A program made the translations under genes and the position numbers. Under the pieces are notes generated by a model, which had not been told where the DNA came from, made no database searches, and saw only the letters and a program-made list of their open reading frames with translations. Shown here piece after piece: positions 59,538 to 64,000 of a DNA stretch of 64,000 nucleotides. Origin of the DNA: Syntrophomonadaceae bacterium (GTDB lineage: Bacteria; Bacillota; Dethiobacteria; DTU022); contig SLRT01000033.1 in assembly GCA_007130825.1 (NCBI GenBank), forward strand, positions 489-64,488. The letters are read 5' to 3'. Within the stretch, counting starts at the first letter, position 1. Each line of letters begins with the position of its first letter.

Positions 59538-61313
59538 ATGCAAAAAATAGTTCTAATTGAACCGCAATCGAAAGAAGACCATGTCTATAAACATGTGCGT
59601 ATGCCCCGACTGGGTCTTCCTCTTCTGGGTACTCAGCTGCAGGAAGCGGGCTATGAAGTCAATTTTTACCTCGGAACAGGTGATTCTCTGCCCTGGTCGA
59701 ATATTTTTAAGGCTGACCTGGTAGGGATTTCAACTACAACAGCTACTTGTCGAGAGGGTTATCAGATTGCCGGGCTACTGCGAGCCAATAACATTCCGGT
59801 GGTCATCGGCGGGATTCATGCCTCTTTTATGCCCGATGAAGCCGTACAGTTTGCCGATTATATTGTCCGGGGTGAAGCGGAGTATAGTTTCCTGCCCCTG
59901 GTCCGCTCCATTGAAGCCGGGGAGCTTCCACAAGATATCCCCGGTGTTTCTTACTGGGTGGATGGTGAACCGGTGCATAATCCACCGGAACAATTCAAGG
60001 TGGACATGGATACAATTCCCATCCCCGATCTCACTTTGATGGAAAAATCTTCATCAATGCGTACCATTCCGGTAATGACTTCACGAGGTTGCCCTTATAA
60101 CTGCACTTTTTGCTGTGTTACCCAGATGTTTGGCCGCCGCTATCGCTACCGTTGTACGGAAAGCATCCTGGAAGAACTGGCCCAATATGAAGGAAAGCAT
60201 ATATTTTTCTGTGATGATAATTTTGTTGCCGATCCCAAACATAGCAGAGAACTGTTAAGGGAAATGATCGATCGGAATATTAACCTGAAAGGATTTGGAG
60301 CGCAGGTCCGGGCTGATGCCGCTTTCGATGATGAATTGATGGAGCTGATGACCCGGGCGGGTTGCAGTATTGTTTATATCGGTTTTGAATCGATTAATCC
60401 TGAAACACTGAAAGGATATAACAAACAGCAGTCTGTTGATGATATTAAAGAATCGATTCGCCGTTTCCACGAGTACGGTATTAGAATTCACGGTATGTTT
60501 GTATTTGGTGGCGATGCCGATACCGCAGATACGATCAGGGAAACTGCTGACTTTGCTCTGGAAGCCAAGATTGACAGTATTCAGTTTATGATGCTTACTC
60601 CTATGCCGGGCACTCCCCTTTATGAGCAATTGGAAAGCGAAGGCAGGATCATTACTTACGACTGGTCGCTTTACGAAGGCCAGCATGCTGTTTTTAAACC
60701 GGTTATGATCTCTCCCGAAGATCTGCAGAATGAAACAGTTAAAGCGTTAAAAAAGTTTTATTCACTTACTAACATATTTGACAATGTTACCACCACCGGT
60801 TGGGCATCTGCACTCCACCGGGCAATCGGATGGGGTTTAACCAGGCATTTTGCGTACCAAAACCGCTGGTTTGTTCAATTTCTCAAAAACCAGCAATATG
60901 CCAACCCCCAGCCGGTTACTCTTTTTGAACATTTGCTGCAGGTTCCTGATAAAGCTGACCGAACATCGCAAACAACCACTTCGCCGCTTAAAGTATCGCT
61001 CACAGAGCAACAAGGGGTATTATACCTCAAGTTAAAGGGGTTTGCCGGCAGCTTGCATCTAAGGGAATTAAAACGGACGCTAAAAAAACTTCCCCGCCAC
61101 TGCAGCCAGATGGTTGTCAATACTGAAGGCCTGCGTTTTGTATCCGAAAAAACAGCAGCCGGTTTTGCCGCTTATCTAGAAAAACTCGGTTCCAGGGTGC
61201 GCCGGCTGCAGGTAATAACTGCTGCCGAAAAACAGGCCCGCATTTTCCTAAACTGGAAAAGAAAAAGCCGTATCAAGCTTCCGCGCTTCGAAGTCCGGGT
61301 TTACAAACACTGA
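59538..61313 (+). CDS. B12-binding-domain radical SAM protein (class B) with a C-terminal STAS-like extension.
   Basis: N-terminal cobalamin-binding Rossmann-like region (VVIGGIHASF), CPYNCTFC radical SAM cluster motif. The C-terminal segment of about 110 aa (LKVSLTEQQGVLYLKLKGFAGSLHLRELKRTLKKL...MVVNTEGLRFVSEKTAAGFAAYLEKL) has the SpoIIAA/STAS pattern. Confidence 0.8.
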   Translation: MQKIVLIEPQSKEDHVYKHVRMPRLGLPLLGTQLQEAGYEVNFYLGTGDSLPWSNIFKADLVGISTTTATCREGYQIAGLLRANNIPVVIGGIHASFMPDEAVQFADYIVRGEAEYSFLPLVRSIEAGELPQDIPGVSYWVDGEPVHNPPEQFKVDMDTIPIPDLTLMEKSSSMRTIPVMTSRGCPYNCTFCCVTQMFGRRYRYRCTESILEELAQYEGKHIFFCDDNFVADPKHSRELLREMIDRNINLKGFGAQVRADAAFDDELMELMTRAGCSIVYIGFESINPETLKGYNKQQSVDDIKESIRRFHEYGIRIHGMFVFGGDADTADTIRETADFALEAKIDSIQFMMLTPMPGTPLYEQLESEGRIITYDWSLYEGQHAVFKPVMISPEDLQNETVKALKKFYSLTNIFDNVTTTGWASALHRAIGWGLTRHFAYQNRWFVQFLKNQQYANPQPVTLFEHLLQVPDKADRTSQTTTSPLKVSLTEQQGVLYLKLKGFAGSLHLRELKRTLKKLPRHCSQMVVNTEGLRFVSEKTAAGFAAYLEKLGSRVRRLQVITAAEKQARIFLNWKRKSRIKLPRFEVRVYKH

Positions 61314-61569
61314 CTCCATGTCAGGGAACAAACCCGCCAGGGACGTGTATATACCAGGAGGATAAGGATCTAAGGCTGTATACCATGGGGCGAAGTGGAA
61401 CTTAACCGCTATCTGTACATTACTAGCGAACCTGAGAAGCAAGTCCGCCTCAAGAAGTATTATAAAGGATGAACAACAGCAGGAAATGTTTAGTAGATAT
61501 TGGAAGAGTTGTTTTTCATAAGGCAGGCAGACAAGTGAACTATTAATAACTTTGAATATCAAATTATAT

Positions 61570-62928
61570 TTATGCCCTGCAAAAATAAGCGTCCAGTTTA
61601 TTGCTTATTTTGGTTAGGGCGAATATTACCAGGTCATCATCAGGTTCCAAAACCGTATCACCATGCGGGATAATAATCTCCTCACCCCTAACAATAGTTC
61701 CAATAAGCATTCCTTTAGGAAAATTTGCATCGACAATTTTCTTGCCGGCCACTTTACAGGATCCTGGAACAACCAGCTCCAGCACCTCTGCGTCTTCCCC
61801 TTTTAAATGAGAGAGGTTACGCAAATCCCCTTTACGGGTAAAGCGCAAAATTTTGTAAGCTGTCATTAAATAGGGATTAACGTAATTATCAATACCTGCT
61901 GCAGCATACACGTAAGTATATTCATTATTTGAAATTCCAGAGATTATTTTATTGCATCCCAACTTCTCTCCCATAATTGCTGCTATTATGTTGGTGCGAT
62001 CATCTTCTGTGACTGTTACCAGAACGTCTGCCTCGGAAATCTCTTCTTCGTTATAATAGGTCAATTCGGATGAATCACCCTGCAGGATTACAGTTTTGTG
62101 AAGATTTCTTTTGAGTTCTTCGCAACGTTTTAAGTCTTTTTCCACCAGCTTAACTTGAAACTTTGGTCCCGAATTATTCTCCAGCATTTGCGCAAGAGTA
62201 TATCCTACAGTTCCGCCTCCAAGAATAACTACTTTTCTGATCCTTTTGTCTTCATGGTGGAAAAGCCAGCTTGCTTTGCGCATAACTTTCACATTGCCGA
62301 TTAAATAAACTTTATCATCAGGTTTTACGATATCTTTGCCGGAGGGAACAATAAAACTGCCATCGGGCCTTTTTATGCCCACAACAATACAACCTTTTGG
62401 CAGTGGCATTTCCTGGAGGTTTTGCCCTGTCATCTCCGCTTTTTCGCTTACCGTGATTGAAAGCATCATTACTTTGTCTTTGGAAAAATACTCAATATCT
62501 GCGGCTTCGGGGTAGTGAATCATTCTTGATATTTCTAAAGCTACCGCTCTTTCCGGATTTATAACATAATCAACGCCTATCTCTTCCTTGGAAAAGCCAG
62601 TGTCAGCTATGTTGCGATGACTTTCGGGATTTCTTACCCGCGCTATTGTAGTAGGCACTTTTGCCCTATCGGCCATCATGCAAGCCATTAAATTAAGCTC
62701 ATCTATTTGGGTTACCGCGATAAAAATATCTGCGGAACTTATGTTTGCTTTTTCCAGAGTAGCCATATTGGCCCCATCTTGATTTATAACCAGAACATCG
62801 AGGGTTTTCCCCAACTCTTTGGCTGTAACGGGGTCTTTTTCCACTATGACAACAGAGTGGTTCTTTTTATGTATATTTGCAGCCAGTTCTCTTCCTACTT
62901 TGCCTCCGCCAATAATAACAATATGCAT
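61570..62928 (-). CDS. trkA: TrkA-type RCK protein (tandem TrkA-N/TrkA-C).
   Basis: Two GxGxxG Rossmann motifs (IIGGGKVGRELA, ILGGGTVGYTLA). ATG at 62928 with RBS AAGGAG. The track start 62955 is upstream. Confidence 0.85.
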   Translation of the reverse strand: MHIVIIGGGKVGRELAANIHKKNHSVVIVEKDPVTAKELGKTLDVLVINQDGANMATLEKANISSADIFIAVTQIDELNLMACMMADRAKVPTTIARVRNPESHRNIADTGFSKEEIGVDYVINPERAVALEISRMIHYPEAADIEYFSKDKVMMLSITVSEKAEMTGQNLQEMPLPKGCIVVGIKRPDGSFIVPSGKDIVKPDDKVYLIGNVKVMRKASWLFHHEDKRIRKVVILGGGTVGYTLAQMLENNSGPKFQVKLVEKDLKRCEELKRNLHKTVILQGDSSELTYYNEEEISEADVLVTVTEDDRTNIIAAIMGEKLGCNKIISGISNNEYTYVYAAAGIDNYVNPYLMTAYKILRFTRKGDLRNLSHLKGEDAEVLELVVPGSCKVAGKKIVDANFPKGMLIGTIVRGEEIIIPHGDTVLEPDDDLVIFALTKISNKLDAYFCRA

Positions 62929-62970
62929 TACCCAGGGCTCCTTTTGCTTAATCAAACAGCCTAAATTATA

Positions 62971-64000
62971 CTACGAGCTTACTCCATTTGTAAACCAGCG
63001 GGGAAACAGCTTTTTTAGGTTCTGGTAGAACTTTTCTGAATAGGCGGGGGCTCTGTGGAAAAGAAGCACGCCAACCAAAGCGGTAACTAATATATAAATA
63101 CCACAGAAAACACGAAGTAAAGGATCTGCCAGGACAGCAATAACGACGGAAAATTCTCCACGCTGTCCCAGAGAAAAGGCTGCTCTTAAACTTCCTTTCC
63201 GGGTCAAACCATATTTCCTGCCGCCGAAAAAACCTACCAGCAGTTTGGCTGTTAACCCCCATACTATCAGGATCAGTAAAAATCCCGGCATTATAATCCC
63301 GGCATCAATAGATATAGAGGTGCCAAACCAGAAAAAGAAAAATGGCAAAGTAACATTTTTCAAGGGATTAATTAAGCTGCTTAGTTCTTCTGAAGCAAGG
63401 GTTTCTGAAAGGATCACTCCGGCCAGAAAAATCCCTAAAAGCTTGGATAACCCCAGGTAAACAGCTGATCCTGCTAAAGTGAACGCCACCGCCAAAGCAA
63501 ATAAAAGGATGAAGTCTTTTGAAATATAGCGATTAACGAATAATTCCAGCTTTCGGAAACCATATATGGCAATAAAAATCGAAACCAGGATCAACAGAAG
63601 AACCCTGATCGCTATAGCTGCAATATCCCCTCCGCTAATACTACCTGCCTGGCCAAAACCTACCAGGAAGGATACCATGATTGGCGCCACAATATCTTCA
63701 AAAATCAAAAGTCCTTCTTTAAACTCTGCTTCAGGGGTATTGGCTCTATTTGTGTCTTCAAGCATCCTCAGGGTCATCGATGAACTGCTGGCATAGGCAA
63801 TGCCCCCGATGATCAGGGCGGCAAATAAGTCAAATCCGAATAATAAGTAAGCAATTAAAAAACTTACTCCGAAATTAAGAACAACATCCATTGTTCCGAC
63901 TTGCCAGATTCTGCGAGAAATGTTAAGCAGATGGTTTAAAGGATATTTTAATCCCAATAGAAAAAAAAGGAGCATAATCCCGATGTCTGCCACATGATTA
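62971..64000 (-). CDS. Monovalent cation:proton antiporter (CPA2/Kef-type Na_H_Exchanger domain). The 5' end lies outside the window.
   Basis: Multi-TM sequence with CPA2-like segments (LSKLLGIFLAGVILSE, LGQRGEFSVVIA). The ORF is open to the window edge. It is probably co-transcribed with the downstream trkA/RCK gene. Confidence 0.7.
   Translation of the reverse strand, partial: NHVADIGIMLLFFLLGLKYPLNHLLNISRRIWQVGTMDVVLNFGVSFLIAYLLFGFDLFAALIIGGIAYASSSSMTLRMLEDTNRANTPEAEFKEGLLIFEDIVAPIMVSFLVGFGQAGSISGGDIAAIAIRVLLLILVSIFIAIYGFRKLELFVNRYISKDFILLFALAVAFTLAGSAVYLGLSKLLGIFLAGVILSETLASEELSSLINPLKNVTLPFFFFWFGTSISIDAGIIMPGFLLILIVWGLTAKLLVGFFGGRKYGLTRKGSLRAAFSLGQRGEFSVVIAVLADPLLRVFCGIYILVTALVGVLLFHRAPAYSEKFYQNLKKLFPRWFTNGVSS

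Overview
This looks like a chromosomal core segment of a sporulating, anaerobic Firmicute (Clostridia-like), about 48% GC, with genes mostly on the + strand.

Recognisable housekeeping blocks, in order:
- MoxR-type AAA ATPase, CoxE-like VWA protein and a CooC-like P-loop ATPase, followed by a phosphoribosyltransferase, fabZ, and a SAM-I riboswitch controlling metK.
- recD2 and comFC.
- hpf, a hypothetical gene, secA, then prfB with its programmed +1 frameshift.
- yitT, ftsE, ftsX, an M23 peptidase, an S41 C-terminal processing protease and a PDZ membrane protein.
- A disrupted UPF0016/GDT1-family transporter gene.
- uvrB, uvrA and uvrC.
- A Cof-type HAD phosphatase, rapZ and whiA.
- rpoN, pgk, tpiA, gpmI, eno, secG, rnr, a nitroreductase, smpB and the tmRNA gene ssrA.

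Two tRNA genes (Ala-CGC, Val-CAC) flank an accessory-looking stretch that holds a beta-helix lipoprotein, an O-antigen-ligase/TPR membrane protein, a selenocysteine-containing MsrA, a small Cys-rich ORF, a DMT transporter, a DUF4097 lipoprotein and a permease remnant. After transketolase comes a second accessory patch:
- a 640-nt gene-free region;
- a VanX-like plus VanY-like M15 peptidase pair;
- a DUF4870 protein;
- a B12-binding radical SAM protein fused to a C-terminal STAS-like domain;
- a convergent CPA2 antiporter with its TrkA/RCK regulator.

The most notable observations are a membrane-anchored selenoprotein MsrA (UGA in place of the catalytic Cys), the radical SAM/STAS fusion, the MoxR/VWA/CooC triad, and several CDSs with frameshift or start-codon anomalies (rapZ, UPF0016, recD2). 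No CRISPR array or obvious IS element was seen.
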